Assembly (NCBI GenBank): GCA_043228905.1
Contig: JBHGNT010000012.1
Coordinates: 17,050,001 to 17,114,000 of the forward strand
Reading direction: 5' to 3'
From: Azolla caroliniana
Lineage: Eukaryota; Plantae; Polypodiophyta
Length of the DNA: 64,000 nucleotides
The notes under the pieces are model-generated. The model was not told where the DNA came from and made no database searches. It saw only the letters and a list, made by a program, of their open reading frames with translations. The stretch's first letter is position 1. Each line of letters starts with the position of its first letter. Positions 25,044 through 37,991 of the stretch are shown one piece after another. Position numbers and translations under genes: made by a program.

Positions 25044-25752
25044 GGCACGCATTGAAGGTGCTCCACGGTCGGCTTCTACATAAACTGACTGATCACCCCG
25101 ACTGGATAACTGATGTCGGGTCGGGTGATCGTCAAGTATATAAGGCTTCCGACAATTTGTCGGAACCGTTTCTAATTGCAGGCTGGGCTAGAGTCGGGAC
25201 GTAGCTTCAGGTTCTAGTCTAGGGGTGTGGAGATCGATCGTCATTCCTTCATGCCGAACTTGTACACCATATTCAGCACATAATGTCTTTGTGAGAGCAA
25301 TATGCCATCGGGGGTTCAGATCACCTCGATCCCAAGAAAATAATGAAGGTCCCCTAGGTCCTTCATTTCAAATGCGTCCGACAACTGGGATTTCACTCTG
25401 TTGATTTCATCTAGTCCGGGTCCGGTGCAGACTAAATCATCAACATATAGCAGGATACAAACCGGACCGTCCGGACCTTTCCGGATGAACAGTGACGAGT
25501 CGGACTTTGAGGCTGCAAACCCCATCTTACGCAACCGGTGCGTGATCTTCGCATTCCAAGCTCGGGGGGCTTGCTTTAGACCGTAAAGCGACTTCTTGAG
25601 TCGGCACACTGTCGACTTGTTCATCTTTGATTGGAAATTGGGGGGTTGGACCATATAGACCCGTTCTTCAAGGTCACCTTGAAGAAACGCATTCTTCACG
25701 TCCATTTGGTGAAGATGCGGCATCCCCTTTGCCACTAATCGGGCCTTGTACC
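25044..25752 (-). pseudogene. pol: Family F copia RT fragment (copy F2)
   Basis: HQMDVKNAFLQGDL, KSLYGLKQAPRAW and LLYVDDL. Ends at KPTVEHLQC and continues at ~35660 (+). Confidence 0.92.
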
Positions 25753-26518
25753 AGTCAGTTTGACACTGCCGACAAATTGTAAGTCAAGCGGAAGTCAATG
25801 TCCGAAATAAAAAACCGAGAAGGTTGAGATGAGCAAGGTCCCATACACCTTAGCAGTCAGGAGCCTGATGTATGCAATGGTTTGCATCAGGCCAAACATC
25901 GCGTATGCAGTCAACGTGGTTAGCTGATATATGAGCAATCCCAAAAGAGAGCATTGGGCAGCGATGAAATGGATACTTCGGTACCTGAAAGGCACCTCAA
26001 GCGTGTGTCTTCAATTCAGCTCAAGTAAACCCCTATTAGAAGGCTTTACTGATTCAAAAATGTCGGCTAATGTGGATACCAGCCGATCCACATCTAGATA
26101 CGTGATGACTTATGCAGAGGGAGTTGTTTCATGGCAGTCAAGGTTGTAGAAGGTCGTGGCGCTGTCAACAATGGAAACCGAGTGTATGGCCGCAGTGTAA
26201 GCCGGCAAGGAGATAATTTGAATGAAGGAATTCATCAAAGAGTTGGGGATTCAGCAAGAGGAATTCTGACTCCATTGTGATAACCAGAGTGTCATCCACC
26301 TTGCGAAAATGCCACCTACCACTCGAGGACCAAGCACATCCAAAGAAGATATCATTGGCTCCGAGTGCTAGTAAAAGAAAATGAGTTTGTTTTAGTAAAG
26401 ATCCACCTGAACGACAACGGGTCAGACATGCTGACGAAGGTGTTATCGGCAGAGAGGCTGGACGCATGCCAATAGAGAGTCGGATTGATGTACCCCATAC
26501 CAAAGTGAAAGGGGAGTT
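25753..26518 (+). pseudogene. pol: Family H copia RT end and RNase H
   Basis: SLMYAMVC.RP, WILRYLKGT, VSWQSRL and DMLTK. PPT GTGAAAGGGGAG at ~26505-26516. Confidence 0.9.
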
Positions 26519-27083
26519 TGTTGGGAAACATGTCCCTCCGAATGGGAAGAGCAAGAGTTGAATCGTATGGACTCGATGGGTAATTCAAAAATTGGCAAAT
26601 CGAAAAATCAACTTAATAGCCGATTTGAGAGACGAATTTTGTAAACAATCTTAATGTACCCCGGTGGGCCATATTTGTAAATAGCGCAGAAAGTTGTATT
26701 AGTATAAATACAACTATGGCAAACTTTATGGTTGTGGGGTGAATCATTAGTAGTTGATCATTATTGTATAGTGACTAACGAGGTCGTTGCCTCTGTAACT
26801 AGTAAGAGTGAGAGAGTGAGGGCAGTAACTCTATCGTCGTTTGTTAGACGAAGACGAGCTTGAGGTTGCTGCCTGAGAGTCTCCTTGTACTCCCCTCCCT
26901 ACACTTAGTGATTCGTTTTCTTGGGGTTTGTGGAACCTGTGGTTTTTTCCCATTCGGGTTTTCCACGCTAAACATTCAGTGTCTTTGTTCTCTATTTTTT
27001 GTTTTGTGTGTGTACTGTCGACTTGTTCCTTGCACCCGAATTCGAATATGAGAAAAAGGTTGTGGCCGGTCACAATACTAACA
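26519..27083 (+). repeat. Family H 3' LTR
   Basis: TGTTGGG...CTAACA, homologous to 38996-39557 (-). Flank TGCTT versus CGCTT is a 5-bp TSD with one transition. Confidence 0.85.
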
Positions 27084-28140
27084 TGCTTCTCGAGCAGGAC
27101 ATAATTCCTCCACAAATTTAGGCTCCGGTTCCCTTAAGGTCTCCTCCGCCTTGGTGTCACCCACGGATACGTACGGGTTGACTGCTTAGACGGCGTCAAT
27201 TTTGAATAGCAGTATGATCTTCGAGGTTTTGTCGAGGTATTGGTCGACTTTGTCCTTGGCCAACCCATCGAGCATATGCACTCCCTCGGCGTAGAGCGGT
27301 GTTGTCTCCTTGGTAGTCATTGTCCCCTCTTCATTCAGGACACGAATCTTTGTCTTACCTCTTCGGAAGGTTATGATATTTTGTTGCCAATTCTACTTGA
27401 TGTCGATTGTCCTTAGCCGAGGTCCTCCGAGTAGAATCGGGTAGGCGCCTGGGGAGTCCATGCATAAGACCACTACTGAAATTGAGAGCCTGTGACTGCC
27501 AATTATGATTTCAAGGTTCCAAATTAACCCAAGGGGTTTTACGGAACGTGTGTCCACCATCCTTAGTCAAAATGGGCAAGCTTCCCATTGGTTAATTCCG
27601 AGTCGGTCGCAGGTGGCTTTACTTATTACATTGACTCTAGAACCGCCATCGATTATGCAACCAGGTATTTCCTATCCTTCGACGATAAGTTTCACGGCTG
27701 CATTTTGTGCATCGAGGACTGTGGGTTCGTCACTAGTCACAATGAAATTAACTAGCGCACTCGGTTGATCTTCGTTTCTTGTGAGTGTTGCCACTGTCTC
27801 CTTGAAGCGAGGGATGAGATTTAGTAACTTACTTAGTGCCATCGAAATTTGGCATCCTACCAAGGCTTGCCAAATCGGATCCTCTCCTAGTGGTTCCTCA
27901 TCCTTCGAAGGTGGTTGCTACATGGGGTTTTTGCTACTTGTGATGCTTTGAATTTCATCTTGCATGCATTCGGCGTTGGCATTGTTCGTCTTTTCAATCC
28001 ATACCTTGGTTGTTTGCCGGATCTCGTCTTGAGTACTCGAACTGCTTTGCCTTGCTGCGGGTGGTCACCAATTGAACCTCCATTGTTTTTGTATTGACTA
28101 CTAGGGCTTTCCCCCGATCATTTTCTGGCCATCACATGGC
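27084..28140 (-). pseudogene. Family E (copy E2) gag end and protease, 5' half
   Basis: CQISMALSKLLNLIPRFKETV, IIDGGS.VNVI and ...FVEELCPAREA. Continues at 39558 (+). Confidence 0.88.
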
Positions 28141-28155
28141 ATAGTTCCATGGCTT

Positions 28156-28935
28156 GTGACAGTACATCAATATATGTGTGAGGTCTCTATTTATGCTTCT
28201 GAGTTTCGGCAACTTGCATGCGGTGTTCAATGGGATGGCCATGCCTTGTGCAACTACTTCCATCGAGGCCTCCAAAGTGAAGTCGAGAATCTTTTGTTGA
28301 ACTTTCCAAAGCCCACATCCTTTTCACAAGCAGTTTGTTATGACAATTAACTTTTTAAACTTCGCTAAGAAAAGCACACTACACAAGAGTTTATCTTTCC
28401 AACGATATATAGCGCCGATCTCAACCTCACCTTCCTCTTCCTCATTGAGCTCACCATTTTTCGAGATATCTGATACCCACGTCCCAATGGAGATCCACAA
28501 AGCTCGATTCAAATCTCTTATTGATGCACAACGTCAATATCAACCAAACAATTGTTGATATTGTGGTAAATCCAACCATCTTATTCCCCACTGTCCACCA
28601 AAGGGCCCCCGACAACAAATCTACCAAGCAAGCACAATTCAAAGCTCCCACCAACAAGAAAATGACAATATCCGGCCATAATAGGAGCCCTGCAACTAGA
28701 TAACTCTAAGTATTCGCCTTTAATGTGCTCCTATCATTTGTCTACATCTCCTCGAGGTTTTTTATTCAAGGTAAGTTTTTGTTTGATAAATTCACTAGCC
28801 TTACTAGAGTCTAAAGCAACAACTTGTTTCATTGACATCGCCTTTGCCTAAAAACACAAGATCCTAGTTGTTTGAATATTGAAACTAATATTGGTCGAAA
28901 TTATCGATAGGTGAATGCTTTCATCAAGTGTAGCT
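28156..28935 (+). pseudogene. gag: Old chromovirus-like (Tcn1/Tf-type) gag-protease relic
   Basis: YASEFRQLAC..QW...L...FHRGL, VPMEI, a C-x2-C-x4-H-x4-C knuckle (C.YCGKSNHLIPHCP) and a degenerate ALLES.ATTCFID protease motif. Confidence 0.75.
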
Positions 28936-28949
28936 ATACAAACAAAAGA

Positions 28950-31900
28950 AATACAACAAACCATCCTGAGAAGAGCAACACGAAAGTGTTCTGTAGAGGC
29001 TGAACGGTGGATGGGGATGGCGGGGATGAGAGGAGCGACGGCAATAGAGAGATCATCAAACATCATTTCGAAAGCATCGGAGGTTGCACGAACAACGGCA
29101 TGAAACCCTCTTGCCAACAAGGGGACGCAAGTATGTGAGGATCGAAAGTCTAATGGTTATGATGATGATCTAGAACAGGGGATAAATGGGATGAATAGTC
29201 TGAGTGGTAGCTCAATGCAAGCTATGGGAGCCTTTGTTCTCTTCCCAGAAGAAGAATGCATCATGGAGAGTGAAATAATAAGACTTAGAGAGGAATCATT
29301 TGTGGTGAAAGTGGTGGGTAGTCAACCGAATCGACCGTTGTTGCGTAACTGGTTGCAAAGCTGCCTGCAAGAAACCTTGGAAGAATGAAGGACATCACAT
29401 TTATGGGAAAGGGGTTTTACCATGTCACTATGATGCCTAAAATGAATGTATGCAAAATTATCGAGAGCAGCCCGTTGACATGGCACAATGCAAGAGCATA
29501 TGTATTCAAATGGGATGTAGACTTTGACATGTGTAAAGCAAATGCTTGTGTAGGCAATCCTAGAGTAATAACGACCTTTTTCCCTAGTTTACCTAAGCAA
29601 TGGGAGTCCTTTCTCCCGGCCATTGGTAAAAGTATGGGAGGGCAATGCCTGGAAAAAAACATTAGTAGAGAGAATAAGTGAAACGCTGACGATGAAATTA
29701 ATTTTCTCTGATGTAAAGGTCCTACCACAATCAATGGTGCTTAGCAGCAAACTAATGCTCGACCATGTACAGCCAATGGAATATGCCAAACTCCCAGGGC
29801 AATGCTTTGTATGTAGACAAATGGGGCATATGGCCCGAGAATGCCCTAGGGGTAAGGAGACCATGCATCATAGAAATGGGAAGCATGGATGGAAAATCCC
29901 AACAAGTCTGACACAACAGAACAATATGAGAATAAACCATTTAATGCGTATGAATGAAGATGGATGGAAATATATGAACAATAAAGGAAAACAAAAAATT
30001 ATGGTCGGACAAGAATGTCTTCCACTTGGCAACAAATATGAACTCTTAACCTTAGAGGACAATGAAAACATAGCTAATGCAAGGAAGCAAGATCAACGTT
30101 CGAAGAGCAACTTTGTGAGTGCTAGTAATGATACGCAGACATTACAGTAGGAAGACGGCTTGTTAGTGGTTGAAACTTATCAGATGCATCCGGAATGTAT
30201 GGATGAGGTAGGAGAAATAGGTATTGGAAAGGTTGTAAGACCCTTGAAAGAGCAAGATAAGTCATTAGTGACAATCCAACATATTAAGGGGATAGCAAAA
30301 ATGAAAAGGCACATGTGTGCTAGAAAAGAGGAAGAGAATATGATGGATAAAAATAAAGGTATGCGTAAATGGTCAAGAGTGAAAGGGAATCCTCAATACA
30401 AAGAGACACCCCTATCGAATACCGGGTAACAAATCAAACTGAAACTGATAGGCAAAAAGAGGTTCAAGGAAATGTGTGGAACTGAGATGAAGAAGGACAA
30501 CATGGGTAGAATCAATATCTATAGTAATTGTGATGACGAAGGTCAAATCGTTGGACTGTCCTATATGTTGGTCACTGGAAATAAGGAGCCCCACAACATA
30601 GAAGAAGCACTCGGATGGTTGGAGCAACAAATGGGTGCTCATGTAGATTCAACATATGGTATTGCAATAGGTGTGAAAATGAAAAGACAATGGAAAGATG
30701 CCATGATATGGAGCTCGGGCAAGGCGAATGAGCAAGGCATATGCTATATAAATGTGAAATTTAGGAAGCCTCCTAGAATGATCACGGAATTCATGGTATA
30801 CCACCTTGAAATGGTAACACTAGAAGAGGATAATCTCTAAGATACAATCTTAGTGAACCTAGTGGAAGCTGAAAATGCATTGGTTGGGCCACTAAAGATG
30901 CACGGTATATGTTGTAATGAATATTAGCTTGCCAACATGGAATATACAAGGAATTGGTGGCGCCCAATTCCACATGAAGAAGAATGTATTAGTTGCTGAA
31001 ATTTAACGATGCACTGAGGCAATAGTGCCGGATGTTATCATGGTGCAAGAGCACCATCTAGATGGGGATAAGCTCGACAAAATTGGAAACGTTTGCCCTA
31101 GGAGTTGGACAAATACATGGTCGATAGCTACAGGGGATAGACGGATTCATGGGGGAGTACTTATAGCCATGAAAGCTAAGTATAATGCATCATTCATTGG
31201 TAGGGGGTGTTTAATAGAGGGTCGTGTTGTCTATATAAGGATAAAACACAGATATGGGCACTTGGGCATACTGAACATATATGCCCCAAATTCAGCTGCC
31301 GAAAGAAAGGAATTCTGGTTGCAACTAGTGGACAAGAAACTGGATGCAGAGTTGTGGATCATTGGAGGAGATTTTAATATGGTGGAGCAACAAGAAGATA
31401 GAAACAAAAATGCAAATGCACGGTGCAAGGGGCAGAAAAAGATGCATGGGATAAGTTTTGTTTAGCATATAATGTGATAGACTGTTGGAATGCACCTAAC
31501 ATTAAGATGCAAAAAGAAAAATCTCTTCTATACTCTAGAGTAGGAGGAAGTGTGCATGGGAGGACAATGTCCATGCTGGACAGATGGTATTTGGACCCTT
31601 GGCTCATCGATAGGAAAGGCAAATGCATAATTTGTCCTGGAACGATGTTCTCAGACCATGCACCAGTTCTGTTGCATATAAAAGAAAATAATCGATGCAA
31701 GCCACATAATGTGAAGGTGAGCAAGGAGTTGGTTATGGACAATAAATGGACTAATGATATAAGAAGACTATGGTCTAATGTCAAATGGATGTATCATGAT
31801 CCCCCTCATAGGCTAGCTGGGAAAATTGAGGAATGTGCATGCTTCTTTCGGAAGAAAGCAATTGAAATTAGAAAAGAGATGAAGGAGAAACTGCAGAGAA

Positions 31901-32618
31901 TGCAATGGACACTTGCTTCTATGTAGTGACTAAGAGAAAAATACCCGAATAATGTATGGATTGAGGCCTGACTAGAGGAGGCAAAATGCAAATTGGATAT
32001 GTATCATAAACTAAGGACTACCAATGCCTATCAAAGTAAGGCATCAAGCTGGATGAGGGTAGGAGACCGTGTTACAAAAGGTTTTTTTGAAGCTGTAAAA
32101 TGTAGAGGCTCTGGGACTCAACCTTCATGTTTGAAAAAGACAAATGGCACAATGACCACGTGCGAGGAGAAATGCTTGAAATGGCCACGAGCTATTATAT
32201 GCAACTACTAAATGTATGCAACGAGGAACAGATTGATCAGGATGCATTTAGAAATATAATAAACAGGATATCGAAGAGAGTTACGGCTCAAATGATGGAC
32301 CGACTAAATCCTATATATGTATGCAGGAATTGTGGGATGCAATTTTAGATATGAACAAACAAAGGTGTGCAGGCATTGATGGACTCCCTATATATTTTTA
32401 CATCAAATATTGGGATCTAATTAAGGATGACATGTTGGAAGGGATGCAATACATTATGGCAAAAGGCGTAATGCCTCCAACAATGTGTAGAGGAATGATT
32501 TATTTAATTCCCAAGGATGGAAAAGATCTAACAATACTTTATAATTGGCGACCATTGGCAATTCTTACTAATGCCTATAAGATCATGGCTAAAGTTGTAA
32601 GTAGTCAATTGAAAACGG
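28950..32618 (+). mobile_element. L1-clade LINE, 5' half (ORF1, endonuclease, start of RT)
   Basis: ORF1: VVKVVG, MGKGFY and the knuckle CFVCRQMGHMARECP. ORF2 APE motifs: TWNIQG, VQEHH, NIYAPN, GGDFN, LDRWY, SDHAPV. RT: GIDGLP, WRPLAIL..AYKIMAKV. The 5' boundary is approximate. Confidence 0.92.
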
Positions 32619-33238
32619 TGTCGAGGTATTCCTCGCGGATGCGTGGAGTGAGGCGGGACCTCGGGGGTCCTGTACCGAAGAGTAAGAGAGAGAGAGAAGG
32701 GACCCACTACGTGCGAGTGTAGATTCACAGGGACACGGCCCTTCGACGCAAAGACGCGAATGGAACAACGACACAGAAAGACACGAAAGTATGTACGTAT
32801 TGACAAGACAAACAACAAGAACACGAAGACAACAAACACGAAGTCGGTTACAACCGAACAGGCCGGCGAACAGATGCCGATACCTGCTCGTAAACGCACA
32901 GAGGGGAAAGAGTAGGTTGGAGGTGCTGCCGGAAGCACTCGGGCATTCCTCAGAGCAGCGCGAGCCTCCCGAAACCTGCACAGAAGGAAGCTATGGCGTT
33001 TGCAACCGGAAAGAGAGAGAGAGAGAAGCCTTCGCACGCAAACCGACAACACTTCGTCCTCGACTCTCCTCATCTCCCTCCTTTTATAGGCAAGGAAGGA
33101 GCCGTTTCCCCCCTTTACTCCCTACCTACCGAATTTACCTAGGATCTCCTATGTACAACTTAAGGCGCACGTGCATGAAGAGTCGGTTTCTACGCTCCGG
33201 TACACCGATTCCGCTTGTGGACGGTTTTCTTCACGACA
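32619..33238 (-). repeat. Family A 3' LTR (copy A1)
   Basis: Reverse complement of 5735-6372. PPT at 33239-33256. Flank ACGG. Confidence 0.95.
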
Positions 33239-33311
33239 TCCGCCCCCACCTAACCGCGCATCCACTGGCATGCGCCAGATTGTGTTGGGACGGAGAAAAC
33301 CGGTCCAGCCT

Positions 33312-35629
33312 TCATTCCCCGCCCGTCGGTTCTTCCTCGGTTTCGGATCGCTCGACGTGACGCTTCTTGAACGTCTTGATCCGCTTCCCAGCTACCGGTA
33401 TCGCCATTCTCGTACCGTCGAGTTCCGCCAGATGGTACGTCCCGTTGTCGTTGGCGCTTTGTACCACGTAAGGCCCGAACCACCTTCTTGCGAACTTCCG
33501 CGTCGCTCGGTGCTGGTTGTCGAGGCTACTGTCGTAGACTAGCACTCAATCGCCTTCCTCGATCTTCTTCAGTCGAAGCCGGTGCGTTCGGTCGAACCGG
33601 GCTTTGTTCCTCATCCTTGCTTCCCGAAGCTTTTCCGCAGCCTGCTTCACGTCCTCCGGTCTCCGCTCGAGCTGTCGTATGCGCGCCGTCAACAGTTCCT
33701 CCCGGCTCATCTCGTCTCTCCAGTCCACGGTTGCCCATGAGGAGACCGTACGTTCGATCGGCATGATCGGCTTCTGCCCAAACATGAGCTTTGCCGGCAT
33801 GAATCCGGTTACCGAACTGTGCGTAGTCCGGTCAGCCCACAACGCGTAAGGCAGTAACCGCGGCCAGTTCCCGACTTGACCTCCGCATGCCCGAACTAAC
33901 GCCTTGACGATCGGTCCGTGTTCGCGCTCTACCTTCCCATTTGCCTCTGGATTGTACGCAGTGGTAAGCGAGAGCTTGACCCCTAACCGGTCGAACAGCT
34001 CCTCGGCCTCTTCGGCGTCCAACTCCCCGCGATTAGCCACGATCTTCCCGACGCACCCGTACCGGCATATTACGTCCTCGAGCAGGAACCGACATACGGC
34101 TGCAGTCGTTTTGTTCTGAAGGGCCCGGCCTTCCACCTGGTTCGTTAGATCTTCCCGAGCCAGGACCAAATACCGCATCTGTCCTACTCCTATCGGCATC
34201 GTTACCAGGTCTACCATCCATTTGAAGTGGACGGTCGGAGGGTACGTAGGGTGAAGTTCGTCCCGGTGTCGGACTATGGAGTGCATCTGACAGCTCTCGC
34301 AAGTTTTCACGAATCGATGCACGTCCCGGTACAGTCCCGGCCACCAGTACTTCCCCTTTATCTTCTCGAACGTGGCCCAGGTTCCACGGTGTCCGGCCCA
34401 AGGGCTGTCGTGGTAGGCCGTCAGCAGCTCCTCCTATTCTTCCTTCATCGCCACCACCCGGAGCGGAGCGCCGTCCCTCTTCTTCGGGTGCTTCCATAAG
34501 TATCCGTCCCGGAGAAAGAATCGGTAAGCTTTCTTCCGGATCCGGTTGGCCTCGTCCTTCGTCCATGACGCATCCGGCGTCATTGTCCTCAAGAATCCAC
34601 CGATCTGGAGCCACTCGCCGTCGTACTTGCTCTCGTCGAAGTCGTTAAGTGCCGGAGTGCTCATCCCATTGGTCGTCACGTACGCCGCCTCGAAGAAGTC
34701 CACGCCGACTTCTTCGTCCTCCAAAACCATGTCGCCCTCGTCATCAAACCTCGCCCTCGAAAGCATGTCGGCCATGGCGTTGTCCTTTCCGGAAATGTGT
34801 CGTATCTCTGGGTCCTGCGACTTGATGTACGCTATCCACCTGAGCATCGCCAGGTCCGGTGTCGCGCATCCGGAAACCATGCCAAGAATCGGCAGGCAAT
34901 CCGTCTCGATAATCACTTCTGTCCCGATCAGGTAGTCTTTGTCCGCCTTTACTGCCGAAACGATACCCCAGAGTTCGCGTTTAACCTGGGCGTACCCTTG
35001 CTGTCGCTCACTGAGGACCTTAGCGCCGAATCGGATCGGGAACCGGGTGTCGTCCTCGTCTTCTTGGTTGACGACCCATCCGATCCCGGTCGGGCTCGTA
35101 TCCACCGTTATGTATACCGGGGTACCTTTCTCGTAGACAGCCTTCCGGAGCGCCGGTGCTGCCGTAAGAGCTTCCTTCAGCTTCCGGACCGACCCCGTGT
35201 GCTCATCTCGCCACTCGAATTTTCGCCCTTTCTTCAGCAACCCGTATAGCGGCTCTGCAACGTGGGCGTAATGCGGGATCCATATGTGGTAGAATGCGCA
35301 TGCCCCCAGGAACCTCCGAACTTCCGTAACCGAGCTACAGTCGGTCTTCATCGCGGAGATGGCTTCTACCTTTGCCGGAGACGGCTTCCGACCATAAGGT
35401 TCGCATAGGTGTCCGACCACCAGGATTTCTGATTGCCTGAAGGCCGATTTCTCCCCGGAGAAGGTGAGCCTCGCATCCTCCAGCCTTTGTAGCACCTTCT
35501 CGCAGTCGTCGATGTGTGTCGCCACGAATCGCCGGCATCCGTCCGGCCTGACTGTCTCGTCCTTCTCCTCCACCGGGCACCCTTTGATAGGGATGTCGTC
35601 TAGAAACGGCATGGTGCAATCCCGGACAT
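33312..35629 (-). mobile_element. pol: Family A (copy A1) RT C-terminus, RNase H and integrase
   Basis: PFLDDIPIKG, VRRFLG, ITVDTS, KRELWG, HHCC, D-D-E core and WFGPY. Confidence 0.94.
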
Positions 35630-35659
35630 CACCATGCCGTTTCTAGACGACATCCCTAT
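35587..35659. repeat. Perfect 30-bp inverted repeat (fold-back) at a rearrangement junction
   Basis: ATAGGGATGTCGTCTAGAAACGGCATGGTG (35587-35616), a 13-nt loop, then the exact reverse complement at 35630-35659. Confidence 0.95.
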
Positions 35660-36816
35660 TGCGATATGTGAGCAGCACGAAGGACCGGGGACTGTTATAC
35701 CGACACGGTATAGCTGGGAAGCTGGTCGGATATACCGATGCTGACTGGGTTGGTGATGCATCGGATTGCCGATCCACCTTCGATTACATGTTTTCTCTTG
35801 GTAGCGCAGTTGTTGCATGAAGCAACAAAAAGCAACCAATAGTGGCTCTATCGAGCACTGAGGCTAAGTACTAGGGCGCTAACATTGCCACCTATGAAGC
35901 CATCTAGCTTCGGCGACTGCTGCGAGACCTCCGGATCAAGGTGCGGACCCCGATCCTGATTTATTGTGACAATGTAAGCATCATACAGCTCGCCAAGAAC
36001 CCTGTATTCCATGCTTGGACAAAGCACATAGAAATGCATTATCACTTTGTTCGTGAGCGGGTCCTGAGCGGTGAAGTTGAACTTCGGTATGTTCACACAG
36101 ATCGGCAGGTTGCCGACATTTTCATCAAGACTCTCGGTTCGGACATGTTGCAGCATTTTTCAGAGATGCTCGACATTCAGCATTTCGATGTGCTGCACTT
36201 GAGGGGGAGAACAGGAACGGGAACGAATGGCACTAGACAAGGAGTCGGAGAGGATGAAAGAACCAAGGGGGGAGATGAGTAGATAAAGGAAGCCGAGCCG
36301 ACCGAAGGAGTTGGCACATCCGAACAAGTCAGAGCAAGCGATAGCAACGATAGAGTCAAGAAGGACAAAGTCGACCGGAAGAAGGCCAAGTCCCGAACGT
36401 GGTCCGATGTGGTGAAGGGCCTAAAAATGTAAGACAAGTTGGAGACTACCAACGCGGACAAGAGTTGGAACAAATCGGAGGAAGCCGATTTGGTTCAACA
36501 GTTGGATTCGGAAGAGCCGGATCAACTAAAGTCCAAGCGAACAAGAAGGCAGCGGAAGCCGACACTGCCACGAAGGGACCAATGGGTCGACAAGCGCCGG
36601 AGTCATAGCAATGAAGGAGCTGAAATGGGCATGCTGAGCAGATAAACCGAACAGGGAGGACGGGGTGCGCAAAACCAGATGGGTCGTGGGAAGTAGAACT
36701 GGACCGGACGAGGAGCGCGAGGAAGGCGGGAGGACCTCAAAAGGAGCCGGAGGAAAGGACCGGCTATTGTAGACACTGACACCACAATCCGACCTCAAGT
36801 TGAGCTTGAGGGGGAG
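35660..36816 (+). pseudogene. pol: Family F (copy F2) RT end, RNase H and C-terminal tail
   Basis: LRYV..TKDRGLLY, GYTDADW, IYCDN, TKHIE.HYHFVRE and ADIF, then a tail ending PQVELEGEC. PPT just before 36817. Confidence 0.9.
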
Positions 36817-36949
36817 TGTTGAGCGAGCAAGCTCAACCGGATCCGGATCGGTATTCGGAACGGAGAACTAGATCGGTGTCCGGATGATGTCCGGAACCAG
36901 GAGCCAGATCGGATTGAAACCGGTAGGCCATTAGAGGCCTACGGATATA

Positions 36950-37779
36950 TGTCGGGAACTAAAACGCTCCTTATGCGCAATGCTCGGCCACAACCGAGCT
37001 TAGAATCATGCACAGAAAACGGTGAAAGAATGCATGACACGAAGAAGAGAAGAGTACACAGGATGTTTACGTGGAAAACCCAAACCAAGGGAAAAACCAC
37101 GGCAACCCACAGGCTGCAAACTATCACTATGTTAGAATGTACAACAGTGAGTTCACGGAGGCAACGACCTCGTGCTCACGACCTTCGTCACAGGCGGCGG
37201 TTACAACAGAGGCAACAACCTCTTCCTCTCTCTCTCTCTCTCTCTCTCTTTGTACACAGTTACGCGCTTTGATCTCGCGTAGACAAGAATAACAACAACA
37301 ACTCTAAAAGTTTGCCCTAAGTCATATTTATACTAATATGACTTTACGGCTATTTACGAATATAGCCTCGATGGGCTCTCAGAAACATATTTACGAGTAT
37401 GTCTCTTCATCCGGTGAGCACTCCTCACCGGGTCTTCACCATCCGGCTCTCCATAGCCGGGTACTCCTCATCCGGTTCTCACCGGGTCTGCACTATCCGA
37501 CTCTCCGTAGCCGGGTACTCCTCATCCGGTTCTCATGGGGTCTGCACCATTTGACTCTCTGTAGCTGGGTACTCCTCATCCGGTTCTCACCGGGTTTGCA
37601 CCATCCGGCTCTCCGTAGCCGGGTACTCCTCATCCGGTTCTCACCGGGCCTGCACCATCCAGCTCTCCGTAGCCGGGTACTCCTCATCCGGTTTCAGCCG
37701 AGGCCGATAGGATGAGGCCGAGTTTGTTCATCAGCACTGTTCTTCTCCCTTCCCATCCGGAGGGACCTGTCTCCCAACA
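36950..37779 (-). mobile_element. Family G solo LTR with 5-bp TSD ATATA
   Basis: TG...CA termini. ATATA at 36945-36949 and 37780-37784. Confidence 0.93.
37424..37693. repeat. 54-bp tandem repeat x5 inside the G LTR
   Basis: Unit CTCACCGGGTCTGCACCATCCGGCTCTCCGTAGCCGGGTACTCCTCATCCGGTT. Confidence 0.93.
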
Positions 37780-37991
37780 ATATAGCCTAGTACGTAAGCA
37801 TATTTTTGGGAGTCAGTGACAGTCGCTCGTATGAGCATTGAAGTACCTATCAGTACTTCTTTCAGTCCTTTATGGACTTGTATAAAAGTGCTCTTTGAGC
37901 ACATTCTATGTACACACAGAGGATTATTATTTTACAATAGAGTTTTATGTTTTCACACCGGTTTTGTGAAGCTTCCGCACGCTAACTTCTA

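Larger units (their letters stand above)
36817..37991 (+). repeat. Family F2 3' LTR, interrupted by a G solo LTR
   Basis: Starts TGTTGAGCGAGCAAGCTCAAC after the PPT. Resumes at 37785 with TATAAAAGTGCTC similar to the F1/F3 LTRs. Confidence 0.75.
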
